This document shows, piece by piece, positions 1 to 11,782 of a stretch of DNA of 64,000 nucleotides (position 1 is the first letter of the stretch; each line of letters opens with the position of its first letter). The notes under the pieces are model-generated. The model searched no databases. It saw only the letters and a program-made list of their open reading frames with translations, and had not been told where the DNA came from. The stretch is from the NCBI GenBank assembly GCA_038087875.1, contig JAXLNO010000522.1, positions 1-64,000 on the forward strand, written 5' to 3'. Origin of the DNA: Malacoraja senta. Its lineage: Eukaryota. Made by a program: the position numbers and the translations under genes.

Positions 1-165
1 TGCCAGCAAACGCCCATCATACATTAACACACCCATTCCTGGGATCATTCTTGTAAACCTTCTCTGGATCCTCTCCAAAGAGTTACGGGGCCCAAAACTG
101 TTCTCAATACTCCAAATGCCATCTGACCAGTGCCTTATAAAGATGGACACAGAAGGCTGGAGTAA

Positions 166-930
166 AACCCCTGTCCCACTTAGGAGACCTAAACAGCAAC
201 ATCTGGTGACCTTGCCCGCCACCCAAAAAAAATCAAGGTCGAGGTGACCTGCAACCTCCTACCACCTGCCACGCATGTGTTGAAAACCTTCCTCGACTAT
301 GAAGAAAACCGGCTTCGACTACACCTGCGACTAAAAAATTATCAATTTTTAAAACGGCAACCTATATTTAGTCGAGGGTACACAAAAAAGCTGGAGAAAC
401 TCAGCGGGTGCAGCGGCATCTAAGGAATGAAGGAAATAGGCAACGTTTCGGGCTGAAACCCTTCTTCAGACTGATAGGGGGTGGGGAGAAGAAAGGAAAA
501 AAGGCGGAGGAGGAGCCCGAGGGCTGGGGGAGGGGAGGAGACAACCAGAGGGCTGATGAAGGGGAGGGGACAGCAAGGGCTAGCAGAATTGGGAGAATTC
601 AATGTTCAAGCCCCCAGGATGTAGACTGCCCAAGCGGAATATGAGGTGCATTTCCTCCAATTTCCGGTGTTGCTCGCTGCGGCCATGGAGGAGACCCAGG
701 ACAGAGAGGTCAGATACGGAATGGGAGGGGGAGTTGGTTTAGTCGAGGTTGGTTTTAAACATGATGAAAAAATAGCAGCAACCTAGATGAAGCCTCGACC
801 ACGTGGAAACCACTTTCGACCATTAGGGAGAGTGACCTAATGGAAACCTCCGGTGACCTCATGGAAACCTTGGGTGGCGGGCAAGGTCACCAGAGGTTGC
901 TGTTTGGGTCTCCTAAGTGGGACAGGGGCT
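166..930. mobile_element. PIF/Harbinger-like non-autonomous element, ~60-bp TIRs, TAA target duplication (copies at 17200-17963, 39108-39864, 56233-56997)
   Basis: aacccctgtcccacttaggagacc... matches the reverse complement of ...ggtctcctaagtgggacaggggct; TAA on both sides; interrupts gctggagtaa|ctcagcgg. Confidence 0.85.
378..737 (-). mobile_element. Truncated Penelope-like retroelement fragment with 11-bp target duplication
   Basis: Minus strand encodes a GIY-YIG-type C-terminus (SDLSVLGLLH...RKLEEMHLIFRLGSLHP..LNIEF); tttagtcgagg at 367-377 and 738-748. Confidence 0.75.
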
Positions 931-1068
931 TAACTCAGCGGGACAGGCAGCATCCCTGGAGAGTAGGAATGGGTGACATTTTGTGTTGAGCCCCTTCTTC
1001 AGACCTTATGAAGCATCCCTGTCTTTTATATTCTAGTCTCTCAAAATAAACGCTAGAATTGTCCATAC

Positions 1069-1221
1069 CTTGGTGATCTCTGCCTGGACGCTGATATTGA
1101 GTTCCGATGTGGTTTCTTCCAGATATTCCATTTTATCCGCTGGGAAGGTGGTGTCGGGCAGCATCACTGAGCACACACACACTCCGTCACTGTTAACTGT
1201 CCCATTGAAGGCCTTGGAAAT
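1069..1221 (-). CDS. olfm4: Olfactomedin-4-like gene copy 0 (partial), coding exon 2 (CxC exon); downstream exons lie left of the window
   Basis: cag|ISKAFNGTVNSDGVCVCSVMLPDTTFPADKMEYLEETTSELNISVQAEITK|gtatgg; 153 nt, phase 0/0; the C-x-C-S-V-x-L-P-D-T-T-F-P motif is typical of OLFM4. Confidence 0.88.
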
Positions 1222-1317
1222 CTGTAACCACATCAACATTGGGTTAATAGCAGAGCAAAGATTCTGGTGATGCACAGTTCCTGAATAATTCCCATTCAGT
1301 CACATTAACATCTCAGT

Positions 1318-1722
1318 TTCAGTTTCAGTTTAGTTTATTGTCACGTGTCCCGAGGTACAGGATAAATGCTTTTGTTGCATTCTAACCAGTCAGCACTAAG
1401 ACAATACCTGATTACAATCGATCCATTTACACAGTGTACAGATACATGATAAGGGAATAGCGTTTAGTGCAAGGTAAAGCCCGCAAAGTCTGATCAAGGA
1501 TAATCTGAGGGTCATCAAAGAGGTAGATAGTAGTTCAGCACTGCTCTCTGGTTGTGGTAGGATGATTCAGTTGCCTGATAACAGCTGGGAAGAAACTGTC
1601 CCTGAATCTGGAGGTGAGCGTTTTCACACTTCTGTACCTCTTGCCTGATGGGAGAGGGGAGAAGAGGGAGTGGCCAGGGTGCATCTCGTCCTTGATTATG
1701 CTGCTGGCCTTGCCGAGGCAGC
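1318..1722 (-). mobile_element. Rex1/L2-group LINE 3' fragment with (aaact)n-type tail
   Basis: HPGHSLFSPLPSGKRYRS...RFRDSFFPAVIRQLN; related copies at 3295-3565 (-) and 15515-15937 (+). Confidence 0.7.
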
Positions 1723-2168
1723 GTTGCTGTTGCTTTTCATTTGTATGACTGACTTGGCAAATGAAATTCCTCGTATGTTGCAAAACCTACTTGGCTAATA
1801 ACGTAGTATTGTGAATGTGATTAGAGGAGAAGAAGGGGCCAGTTTGCTTCACGTATCGTGTGGAGTCAAGCATTTCCATCCAGGCAGTCTGGTTGTGGTT
1901 GCAGTTAGACACAAAATGCTGGAGTAACTCAGCGGGACAGGCAGCATCTCTGGAGAGAAGGAATGGGTGACATTTCGGGTCGAGACCATTCTTCTGTGTG
2001 TGGTGTTACGTTGACCAGAACAGTCTTGGAGAAACAGCCTGGAGGAGATTGACTGCTCTTGTGCATTAGTCAGTCACAGTGAACTTGACTTTACTCAAAC
2101 ACAGAACGAACTGGGGGGGGGGGTGAAGGGGACAAGATTATCTCAGGCAAAATGAGAAATAAACTCAC

Positions 2169-2228
2169 AGAGATCTGGGTAGAGGGCTCCAAGATCGCCA
2201 CAATCAGCAGCAGGAACGATATCGTCAT
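2169..2228 (-). CDS. olfm4: OLFM4-like copy 0, coding exon 1 (signal peptide MTISFLLLIVAILEPSTQIS)
   Basis: ATG, hydrophobic core, gtgagt donor in phase 0; ctgcag acceptor ~17 nt upstream of the ATG. Too short for the ORF track. Confidence 0.8.
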
Positions 2229-2444
2229 TATGCCTCCCTGTTCACCTGCAGAAGGAAGTGTTGCAGAAGAGATTAAGTACCCAACCCTTCAGGTAGCCAG
2301 GCAACCGCACAGAATGGAAACGGAAGCGTTTGACTTTAGTTTATCATCACACGAAGAGCTTTTGCTGCGTGCTAACCCGTCAGTGGAAAGACAATACATG
2401 ATTACAATCAAGCTGACCACAGTGTCCAGACACAGGATGAAACT

Positions 2445-2878
2445 GTTGGCTTATACTCGCTAGAATTTAGGAGATTGAGAGGGGATCTTATAGAAACGTA
2501 CAAAATTCTTATGGGGTTGGACAGGCTAGATGCAGGAAGATTGTTCCCGATGTTGGGGAAGTCCAGGACAAGGGGTCACAGCTTAAGGATAAGGGGGAAA
2601 TCCTTTAAGACCGAGATGAGGAAAAACTTTTTCACACAGAGAGTGGTGAATCTCTGGAACTCTCTGCCACAGAGGGTAGTTGAGGCCAGTTCATTGGCTA
2701 TATTTAAGAGGGAGTTAGATGTGGCCCTTGTGGCTAAAGGGATCAGGGGGTATGGAGAGAAGGCAGGTACGGGATACTGAGTTGGATGATCAGCCATGAT
2801 CATATTGAATGGCGGTGCAGGCTCGAAGGGCCGAATGGCCTACTCCTGCACCTATTTTCTATGAATCTATGTATCTAT
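2445..2878 (+). mobile_element. CR1-clade LINE 3' fragment (target of the DIRS insertion in unit B)
   Basis: RGDLIETYKI..GLD...TRGHSL...FFTQRVVNLWNSLP, followed by a 3' UTR and (ctatg..)n tail. Confidence 0.9.
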
Positions 2879-2985
2879 GAAAGGAATATTGAGAATAACG
2901 TTCAGTGTAAGAGAAGCATGGTCAACGTAAGAAATGCTGCCGTCGGAGTAAAGATTTAAAAGAGTGGTGCAATAATGCGTGGTTC

Positions 2986-3292
2986 AGGGCCTGTCCCACT
3001 GTACGAGGTAAATCAAGAGTTCTCTCGAGTTTCCCCTGATTCGAACTCGGAGAAATACGGTAATAGCCGCTCGGAGGTACTCGGGGCTCTCGTGGACATT
3101 TTTCAACATGCTGAAAAAACTTCACGAGCTTACCGCATTTCCCGAGTACCTGCCGTTAGCGTTACGAGCCGCTAAGAGACGTCCCGAGCTCCGACGTACC
3201 CGCTACGTACATTCTACGTACTTACCACGAGTTTGATTTTTTTTTAAACTCGGGAGAGCTCTTGAATTACCTCGTACAGTGGGACAGGCCCT
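2986..3292. mobile_element. Harbinger-like MITE, ~47-bp TIRs (copies at 24883-25188, 41920-42226, 59053-59359)
   Basis: agggcctgtcccactgtacgaggtaa(a/t)tcaagag.. at both ends in inverted orientation. Confidence 0.85.
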
Positions 3293-3707
3293 TAAGTTTA
3301 GTTTGGTTTATTGTCACGTGTACCGAGGTACAGTGAAAAGCTTTTGTTGCGTGCTATCCAGTCAGTGGAAAGACAAAACATGATTTCAATCGATCCATTT
3401 ACAGTGTGCAGATACATGATAAGGGAATAGGTTTAGTGCAAGGTAAAGCCAGTAAAATCCGATCAAGGATAGTCTGAGGGTCACCAATGAGGTAGATGGC
3501 AGTTCAGCACTGCTCCCTGGTTGTGGTAGGATGGTTCAGCTGCCTGATAACAGCTGGGAAGAAACTGGGCAGAGATAGATAGATTCTTGATTAGTACGGG
3601 TGTCAGGGGTTATGGGGAGAAGGCAGGAGAATGGGGTTCGGATGGAGAGATAGATCAGCCATGATTGAATGGTGGAATAGACTTGATGGGCCGAGTGGCT
3701 TAATTCT

Positions 3708-4220
3708 TGTCTGAAGAAAGGTCTCGACCCGAAACGTCACCTATTCCTTCGCTCCATAGATGCTGCCTCACCCGCTGAGTTTCTCCAGCATTTTGTCTAC
3801 CTACAATTTTTCCAGCATCTGCAATTCTTTCTTAAATCATTCTTCTCTTATCACTTATAACCTCCTGACCTCATGACAACCCGGCAATATGAATATTGAC
3901 TTCCCTAACCTCAAGTAACCCTTGCTTTCCCTCTCTCTCCATCCCTCCCCCATCCTAGTTCTCCGACTACTTTCACTGACCTCCTGATTTAATATTACTT
4001 GGTAAACCTCGCTGGCACTTTCCTCAGCTAACAATGATCTCTTCTACATTTTCCTTGATCTTCGTCCCCGTGTGATCTCTCGTTTTCACGCCTTGACCTT
4101 CCATATCCCCCGTTTCCCTCTCCCCTGACTCTCAGTCGGAGGAAGGGTCTCGACCCGAAACGTCACCCACTCCCTCTCTCCCGTGATGCTGCCTGCCCCG
4201 CTGAGTTACTCCAGCATTCG
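3708..4220 (+). mobile_element. Penelope-like terminal fragments (two)
   Basis: Recurrent gaagggtctcgacccgaaacgtcacc...cccgctgagtt.ctccagca motif, also at 1908-1995, 6590-6700 and 6980-7165. Confidence 0.6.
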
Positions 4221-4361
4221 ATGTCCTCATGGGCTGATTCACATCATCTGGATTCTTGCTCTTCATTGCACCAGTGTTGAAAACCCCGAGTTAAACGTTC
4301 CGTCAAAGTAAACCTCGATCAGATAATCTCTGCTTCTGAAACGGTGAAGATTTTGACTTAC

Positions 4362-4454
4362 CGATCTGTCAGTGAGTAAGAAGTGAGTGCTGATCTTGTG
4401 GAGTGTGGACGCCCAGTGCAATAAATGGTTCCACAGAAGACCGTCCATTATATA
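4362..4454 (-). promoter_or_regulatory. Putative TATA box (TATATAAT, 4447-4454) and non-coding first exon ending at a G|gtaagt donor (4362), copy 0
   Basis: Non-repetitive island; TATA ~25-30 nt before a plausible start; consensus donor; several GATAA motifs nearby (4321, ~4481, ~4562, ~4610). Confidence 0.6.
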
Positions 4455-4689
4455 GGCAGGTCCTGGGAACACATCACTCTGTTATCTCCCTCTGCTGTTA
4501 ATGGTGCCAGCAGTTAGCTGGATGGGTAAACTAAGACGGTGAGATCAAGCACCAAGATTACCGATAAAACCTCACCGGGTGACAGCTGTGCTTCAGAGGC
4601 CACAGCGCGAGATAATTTCTTTTGGGGCCCGGAACTTGATTGAAGTTTGCCTGTCAAGATGAAGCTAATTAACTACCAATGAGTTACTG

Positions 4690-5215
4690 TACATCTTGAG
4701 TCTCTCTGAGGATCCTTCAATGCTTCTACTCTGGGGCTGTAGAAAGCATCTTGTCCAGCAGCATCACAATCTGGTTTGGCAACTGCTCTGCCCAGGACAA
4801 GAAGGCTCTGCAGAGAGTAGTGCGTTCGACTGGGAACTACACTCGCCCCCCTGCAGGACCTATACACCAGCAGGTGCAGATCCAGAGCCAGCAACATTAT
4901 GGGGGACCCCTACCACCCCAGCAACGGACTGTTCCAGCTGCTACGGTCAGGCAAACGCCTCCGCTGTCACGCTGTGAAAACAGAGAGGATGAGATGGAGT
5001 TTCTACCCACAGGCCGTCAGGATTGTAAACTCTGATCTCACCAGGGACTAATTTACTGTTGTGTTGTGTCTTATTAAAAATAAAAATTCTAACATGTAAA
5101 TACTGATTCTGTTCTATTCTGTTCTGTAGTTTTTGCACAATCCGCAGGCATTGTCACTTTCATTTCACTGCACATCTTGTATGTGTATGTGACATAAAGT
5201 TGACTTGACTTGACT
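4690..5215 (+). mobile_element. Rex1/Babar-like LINE 3' fragment with (ttgac)n tail
   Basis: SSITIWFGNCSAQDKKALQRVVRS...HPSNGLFQLLRSGKR...SFYPQAVR. Confidence 0.75.
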
Positions 5216-5954
5216 GTACATCCTTGGGCTTCCAAGATGGTTCTCCAAGATGACAACAGCTTCCAAGATGGCACCCAACCCAGCTGAGCCACAGTAGCAG
5301 ATCTACAGACTCATGTTACAATCGCTCCACACTCTTAAATCTCTGATCCTGCAGCGACATTTAAGGTGATAAGGGATAGGTGTAGAATTAGGCCATTCGG
5401 CCCATCAAGTCTACACCGCCATTCAATCATGGCTGATTTATCTCTCCCTCCGAACCATATTCCCCTGCCTTCTCCCCATAACCTCTGACACCCGTACTGA
5501 TAAAGAATCTATCTATCTCTGCCTTAAAAATATCCACTGACTTGGCCGTACTTTATACACTGTAAATGGGTCGATTGTAATCATGTATTGTCTTTCCACT
5601 GACTGGATAACACACAACAAAAGCTTTTCACTGTACCTCAGTACACGTGACTTGAAACTAAACTGAACTGACCTGAACTGGGCTTAACTTGTTTGGCCAA
5701 ACTACAAAAGAGGGACCAACAGGAAGGAGATTACATAAATGCAATAAGTTGGACGGGGTGGGAGATTGCAACCTTCACGTGGTCCGCCCTGTTTCGACGA
5801 ATGCAATCAACCTGGCGTGCACAATCAAATAAGATCAAATAGAACAAGTTGTCCTGCAACTTTAGGCTGTGCACGCCATACACAAGAAGAATAAATTGGA
5901 TATCAAGCCACATGGAAATTTGAGGATCCAGTGGTCCTTTAGAAAACATGATTT

Positions 5955-6205
5955 ACCTGGTGGCACAGCTGGTAGAGCCAGTGACCCAGGTTCGATCCTG
6001 ACCCTGGGTTCTATCAAGAGAGGACACAAAGTGCGGGGGTCACCCAGTTCTCCAGAGATGCTGCAGGTTTGTAGGTTAATTGGCTCGGTATAAATGTAAA
6101 ACATTGTCCCTGGTGTATGTGGGATAGTGCTAGTGTACGGGGATCGCTGGTCAGCATGGAGATGATGGGCCGAAGGGCTTGCTTCCGCGCTGTATATCTA
6201 AACTA
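5955..6205 (+). mobile_element. tRNA-derived SINE (degenerate)
   Basis: A-box-like tggcacagctggtagagc and B-box-like ggttcgatcc, then a LINE-type tail; inverted relatives at ~14380-14410 and ~14520-14755. Confidence 0.65.
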
Positions 6206-7199
6206 AACAAAACTTAAAATATTTGTGCAATTTATTGGTGTCCTTGGATGGATGTTGTGAATAACATGATAACAGTGAACGCATTAAACTTAGATTTCCA
6301 GAAGCCATGTGGCAAGCTGCTGCCCCAGGGTTTATGGTAGAAAATAACACATATCGAATAAGAAATGTGTTAGTGTGTACAGAAGATTGGCCGGATATCA
6401 GGAAACAGAGGGCAGATGTAAATGGGTCTTTTTTGGCTGTCAAGATGGACAAGAGGTTGTTGCTCCTCAATTTACAGGTTTTATTAATCTAGCCATTAAT
6501 GTCTTGATGGCTTAATGTTCTGTTTACACAATGATAGAGGAAAGTAAGTTGAGACAAGAAAAAAGGGTTAGGGAAAGGTGAAATGAGTGGGGAGAGGAGA
6601 TACAAGGAACTACAGATGCTGGTTTACAAAGAAAGGACACAAGTGCTGTAATACCTCAGCAGGTCAGGCAGCATCTCTGGAGAACATGGATGGATGATGT
6701 TTCCAGTCTTTACGTTAGTTTAGTTTGGAGATACTGCGTGGTAATTTGTGGTAAGCTCACTTGTAGCATTGAAAAGGGGGATTCTGAGACCTGAGTACAC
6801 GTCGTGACGTAGCACCTTCCCGCAAATGCTGCTCTGGTCCCTGTTAACGGCAGATGGGCCAGCAGGAGATGAAGAACCAGCACCTTGGACAGCGTCTACC
6901 TGCTGGAAAGCAGCAGCACCTTGGACTGGCAGACTGGGTGAGGTGATCCATGGGAGGGTTTGATGGTTCAGCAACACACTGTGTAGGAAGGAACTGCAGA
7001 TGCTGCTTTCATCTGAAGATAGACACAAGAAGCTGGAGTAACAGGCAGCGCCTCTGGAGAGAAGGAATGGGTGGCGTTTCGACCCTTGACCCGAAACGTC
7101 ACCCATTCCTGCTCTCCAGAGGCGCTGCTTGTCCCACTGAGTTACTCCAGCTTTTTGTGTCTACCTTCAGCAGAGTGCGGAGGGCATGTCAAAGCATGA

Positions 7200-8005
7200 C
7201 AGAGACATGACCTTGCCATCCGCGAGTCATGGCGCCGGGTGGAAGAGGGCTCTGCCCGAGCCGGCAGCCTGCCCCTTTTATGGGGTTACGTCCGCGCCCG
7301 GGTGGTGTTAGAGAGGGACTACGTCCTGTCCACGGGCACCCTGGGGGATTTCCGGAACCGCTGGGCACGGCGGGGTGTTGAATGTATCCTTGACACCTGG
7401 ATCTCCTGCCATCAGGCAAGAGATATCGCAGCATCAAAGCCCGGAGTACAAGACTGCTAAACAGCTTCCTGCCATATGCTGTGAGGCTGCTAAACAGCCA
7501 CTCTGTACTCACAGTCACCTGATTCTGCGGCTTGGCACGGACACTAGAATAACTGGCACTGGCCACTTCAATAACTGGCACTGGCCACTTCAATAACTGG
7601 CACTGGCCACTCAAATCAGCCACCCCGGACATGTTTATGATTGGTCTTACTGTATTTTAACGTTGTTTGTATCTATTTTAACTTATACTGTTCCATCAGG
7701 GACTGGATTGTTTTAGTGTTGTTATTATTATGTGTGAAATGTTTTAAACGTCATGTGGGATGCTCCGGTATTCCCTGGGAAACATCTTTTCGTTTTGCAC
7801 TGCACAACTGTTGCTTGCAAGATGACAATAAAGGAATTGAATTGAATTGAATTGAATTGACAAGGATTGTAACATAGTTGTCTAGTAGTTTATTTAGTAT
7901 ATTTGTTTGTCTTGTATTATGGTGCTGGGTTCTGGTTTGTTTTGTTGTATTGTAAATATCATTTTAAATAATTGAATACATTTTTTGATCAAAAAAAATA
8001 AAAAG
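7200..8005 (+). mobile_element. Tx1/L1-like 3' fragment interrupted by a Rex1-like 3' fragment (7396-7856)
   Basis: CLPLLWGYVRARVVLERDY...FRNRWA; A-rich tail ~7990; the insert is flanked by ttgaca (7390-7395, 7857-7862) and has an (attga)n tail. Confidence 0.6.
7548..7611. repeat. 22-bp tandem repeat aataactggcactggccacttc x3 (x2 in unit C)
   Basis: Directly visible. Confidence 0.9.
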
Positions 8006-8229
8006 ACATGATCTTCCACTGCAGCGCTAATGTCTAACCGTGACACTGGAATCCAGCTGCTGTGATCCAGAGGTGGAGTTTCTCATATGCAACAGCCTCT
8101 CCACTTTAATCTCACCCACCCACAGGTCTTTGGTGCAAGATGCACAACCAAGCTATCGTCGTCTATAATGGACCTCCTCAATCAGTGTAAAGTGATGCTC
8201 TCGTCATTAAAGGCATGACCTATATAGAA

Positions 8230-9212
8230 CTGGGTTCCGAAGTTGGGAGATCTTGTTGCGGTGCATAAAACATCGATGAGACCCGATTTGGGGTATTGTG
8301 TTCAGTTTTGGTCTCCATGTTATGGGGAAGATGTTGTCGAGCTGGAAAAGGTGAGGAGGAGACTCGCGAGGATGCTGCCAGGATGCTGAGGGCCTGAGCT
8401 GTAAGGAAAGGTTGAGCAGGCTGGGACTTCACTCCTTGGAGCGCAGGAGGATGAGGGGTGATCTTGTAGAGGTGTACAAGATCACGAGAGGAAAGGATCG
8501 GGTAAATGCACAGAGCAAAGAAGGGAAGAGATTGAACTTTTTTTCCGCCTTCCATCACAGTGAGGAATGTGGAGGAGTCACTGTGGTGGATGTTTATGTA
8601 AAAATGTGTTTTGTGTGTTCTGTTGCTTTTTATTTGGATGTCTGACTTGGCAAATGAAATTCCTCGTACGTTGCAAAACATACTTGGCTAATAAAGTGTT
8701 ATTGTGATTGTGATTGTCTTTTACCCAGAGTAGGGGAATCGAGAATAAGCAGACATGGGTTTAAGCTGAAGAGGGAATGATTTAATAGGAACTTGAGGCG
8801 TAACTTTTTACACAAAGGATGGTGTGTGTATGGATTGCGCTGCCGGAGGAGTAAATAGACAATAGGTGCAGGAGTAGGCCATTCGGCCCTTCGAGCCAGC
8901 ACCGCCATTCAATGTGATCATGGCTGATCATCCCCAATCAGTACCCCGTTCCTGCCTTCTCCCCATATCCCCTGACTCCGCTATCTTTAAGAGCCCTATC
9001 TAACTCTCTTTTGAAAGCATCCAGAGAACCTGCCTCTGAGGCAGAGAATTCCACAGACTCACCACTCTCTGTGAGAAAAAGTGTTTCCTCATCTCCGTTC
9101 TAAATGGCCTACCCCTTATTCTTAAACTGTGTGTGGCCCCTGGTTCTGGACTCCCCCAACATCGGGAACATGTTTCCTGCCTCTAGCGTGTCCAAGTCCT
9201 TAACAATCTTAT
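8230..9212. mobile_element. CR1 fragments: degenerate plus-strand piece (8230-8850, with a short insert) and minus-strand 3' piece (8855-9212)
   Basis: LGLHSLERRRMRGDLVEVYKI; reverse complement of the CR1 3' UTR. Confidence 0.75.
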
Positions 9213-9227
9213 TAAGGCTGAGACTAT

Positions 9228-9945
9228 CAGATCAAATCAAGTCAAATTTATTGATAAAGCACATTTAAAAACAACCCACGTTGACCAAAGAGCTGTACAG
9301 AGCAGAGCAGGTAGTTAAAATCACAAAATGAAACAGACATACACAGGAATGCACACAGCACTCAGGTACAAATCATCAGCTCTAAGACACAAAACCAAGA
9401 TTAGCCACATCAGGGGGATTCAAACGCTAGTGAATAAAAATAAAACTGAGCCTGGACTTAAAAGAGTCGATGGAGGGGGCAGATCTGATAGGGAGGGGGA
9501 TGCTGTTCCCCAGTGTAGGGGCCGCAACAGCAAAGGCACGGTCACCCCTGAGCTTAAGTTTAGATCACGGGACAGCCAGGAGCCCCGAGTCAGCCGACCT
9601 GAGGGACCTGGAGGTAGAGTAAGGGGTAAGGAGGTGTGTGATGTAGGGGGGAGCAAGCATGTTTAGGGCTTTATAGACAAACAGGAGAAACTTAAAATCA
9701 ACTCTGAGCCGTACTGGCAGCCAGTGGAGAGAGGCCAGAATGGGGGTAATATGGTCCCAATTCCAGGTACCTGTCAGGAGCCTGGCTGTGGCGTTCTGGA
9801 CCAGTTGCAGGCGGGACAGGGACAACTGACTGATCCCAGTATACAGGGAGTTGCAGTAGTCCAGGCGAGAGGATATGAAAGCGTGGATGACTTTCTCCAG
9901 ATCTTTGAATGAGAGGAACGGTTTTATTTTGGAAATGCTATAATA
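9228..9945 (-). mobile_element. L2-clade LINE 3' fragment
   Basis: IHAFISSRLDYCNSLY...LQLVQNATARLL...HITPILASLHWLPV...FKFLLFVYKAL. Confidence 0.85.
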
Positions 9946-10064
9946 ACGTTTAAGAGATATTTTGTAAAGGTACATGGATAGGACAGGTTTAGAGGGATAT
10001 GGGCCAAGCATAGGCAGGTGGAACTAGTGTAGATGGGACATGTTAGGTCGGTGTGGGCAAGTTG

Positions 10065-11104
10065 TAGGTATGTTACAAAACTTACCTTCAGCGGCGCTGC
10101 AGTTCTGTCACTGCCCGTGTGCGCGACATTGGCGCCTTTGAGAGGGGGCAGGTTTAAAATGCCTTGTTCCTCCAGCCTATTCAAATCGATGTCAGTCAGG
10201 CTGTTTAGCTGCTAAAGAATAATCGCTTCGACTGCTGTTTTATTAAGTTTCTTTTAAACTGCACTGGATATTTTACGAACAGGAGTAAATTAAAAATAAT
10301 CTTCTAAAGCCGTCAACGCCGACAACGGGGACGGATTTCATGTACGGGACAGGTAAAGGAAAGCCGCTTATTTTATATATAAACTTGCTTCTAAGGATGC
10401 CTTTAATCAAAATTTCACGTTGTGAAAATGTCATTATGTAAATATACGAACCGGCAGTATTTTTCCTGCCGATATGAGGTTTAAATTCACCGCATATGCA
10501 ACGTTCCAAACCAGCGCGTTCCACAAAACCCACTCGCAAGATGATTTAAATGGCCATTAATTTACGGGAAGTAAACACAAAATTCCTTCCATTTGGCCTA
10601 TAAATTAATGACAATGAGATTTAAAAATCATGTTATATTGTGAATTATTGTGTGAATGTTATTTGAACACTTAGGCTATTTAAAAATGTTAACTTTTTCT
10701 TACGAAATGGATAGATGTTTAGATGTAGTAATTGAATTTTGTAATTAGCTACAATTGGGTAACTAACTAATTATATGCTTCAATTTCAGAGCATTCAAGT
10801 AAGATTGTTTCATATTTGTTTCAGAATGCTTCAATCTATAATAACTGAAAATTTCATTCAGTTCTCTTAATTTTTAAGAAAGTTATGGGCTTTTGACTGT
10901 CCTTGATCACAGCTTTTGAGTTAAGTCAATGGAAAAGCAATAGGGAACAAGATGCTAATTTCAGTATGAAAATGGCCATAACTTTTTTAATACTGAAGAT
11001 ATGAAAGTGAATTAGGTGTCAAATTAAATTTATTTTTATGTTTTATCTGATGGGATAAATTGCAGACTTGATTTTTAAAATCGCAAAATTTTGCAACATT
11101 GCTA
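10065..11104. mobile_element. Non-autonomous AT-rich DNA transposon with imperfect ~19-bp TIRs (copies at 31969-33009, 49105-50146)
   Basis: taggtatgttacaaaactt versus reverse-complement tagcaatgttgcaaaattt; splits a LINE/SINE tail gggcaagttg|ggccaaaggg with duplicated agttg. Confidence 0.65.
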
Positions 11105-11782
11105 CTAGTTGGGCCAAAGGGCCTGTTTCCACGTTGTATGACTCTATGACTGTGACACCAACAGCCCTCCTACCCCAATAGTGAGTCAGTCACACCACGA
11201 GTTAGGTTGAACTAAACATCTATAATATGATGTGAACAGGACATTTTAAAGCAGAATTAATCGGACCTTGGATTCTAGATTCTGATTCTACAGGCTGATT
11301 CTAGATGTCAAGATCATTGGTTTGCCCACTTCAACTTTGATGTTAAATTGGAATTTAAATGTATCCCAAAGAAATTCAGCTGCAGAAATTCAGCTTTAGG
11401 TCTCTGATTTTCTACCCAGGTTCTGTCATAGAGTCACAGAGTGATACAGCATGGAAACAGGCCCTTCGGCCCAACATGGAGCCTACATGTCTCAGCTACA
11501 CTAGTCCCACCTGTCAGCGTTTGGTCCATATCCCTCCAAACCGGCCCTATCTACACTATAATAGATTAGTGAAAGGCCTGGATAGAGTGGATGTGGAGAG
11601 GACAAATCTGTCTTTTCCATGTGTCTGCCTAACTGCTTCTTAAAGGCTGGGATAGTCCCTGCCTAAACTGCCTCAACTGGCAGCTTGTTCCATACACCCG
11701 CCACCCTTTGTGTGAAAAAGTTAAACCCTGTCGATCAGAAAAAGTCGGAGTCTACAGGTATTACACTTCGACCGATGGCCGA

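Noticed and set aside
2152..2463. 103-aa plus-strand ORF
   Set aside because: Antisense to the signal-peptide exon, runs through repeat sequence, and its start is lost in unit B.
5955..6010. tRNA gene
   Set aside because: Only A/B-box remnants followed by SINE body; no complete cloverleaf.
7548..7611. CRISPR-like direct repeats
   Set aside because: Contiguous 22-bp tandem repeat without spacers in a LINE 3' UTR; eukaryotic context.
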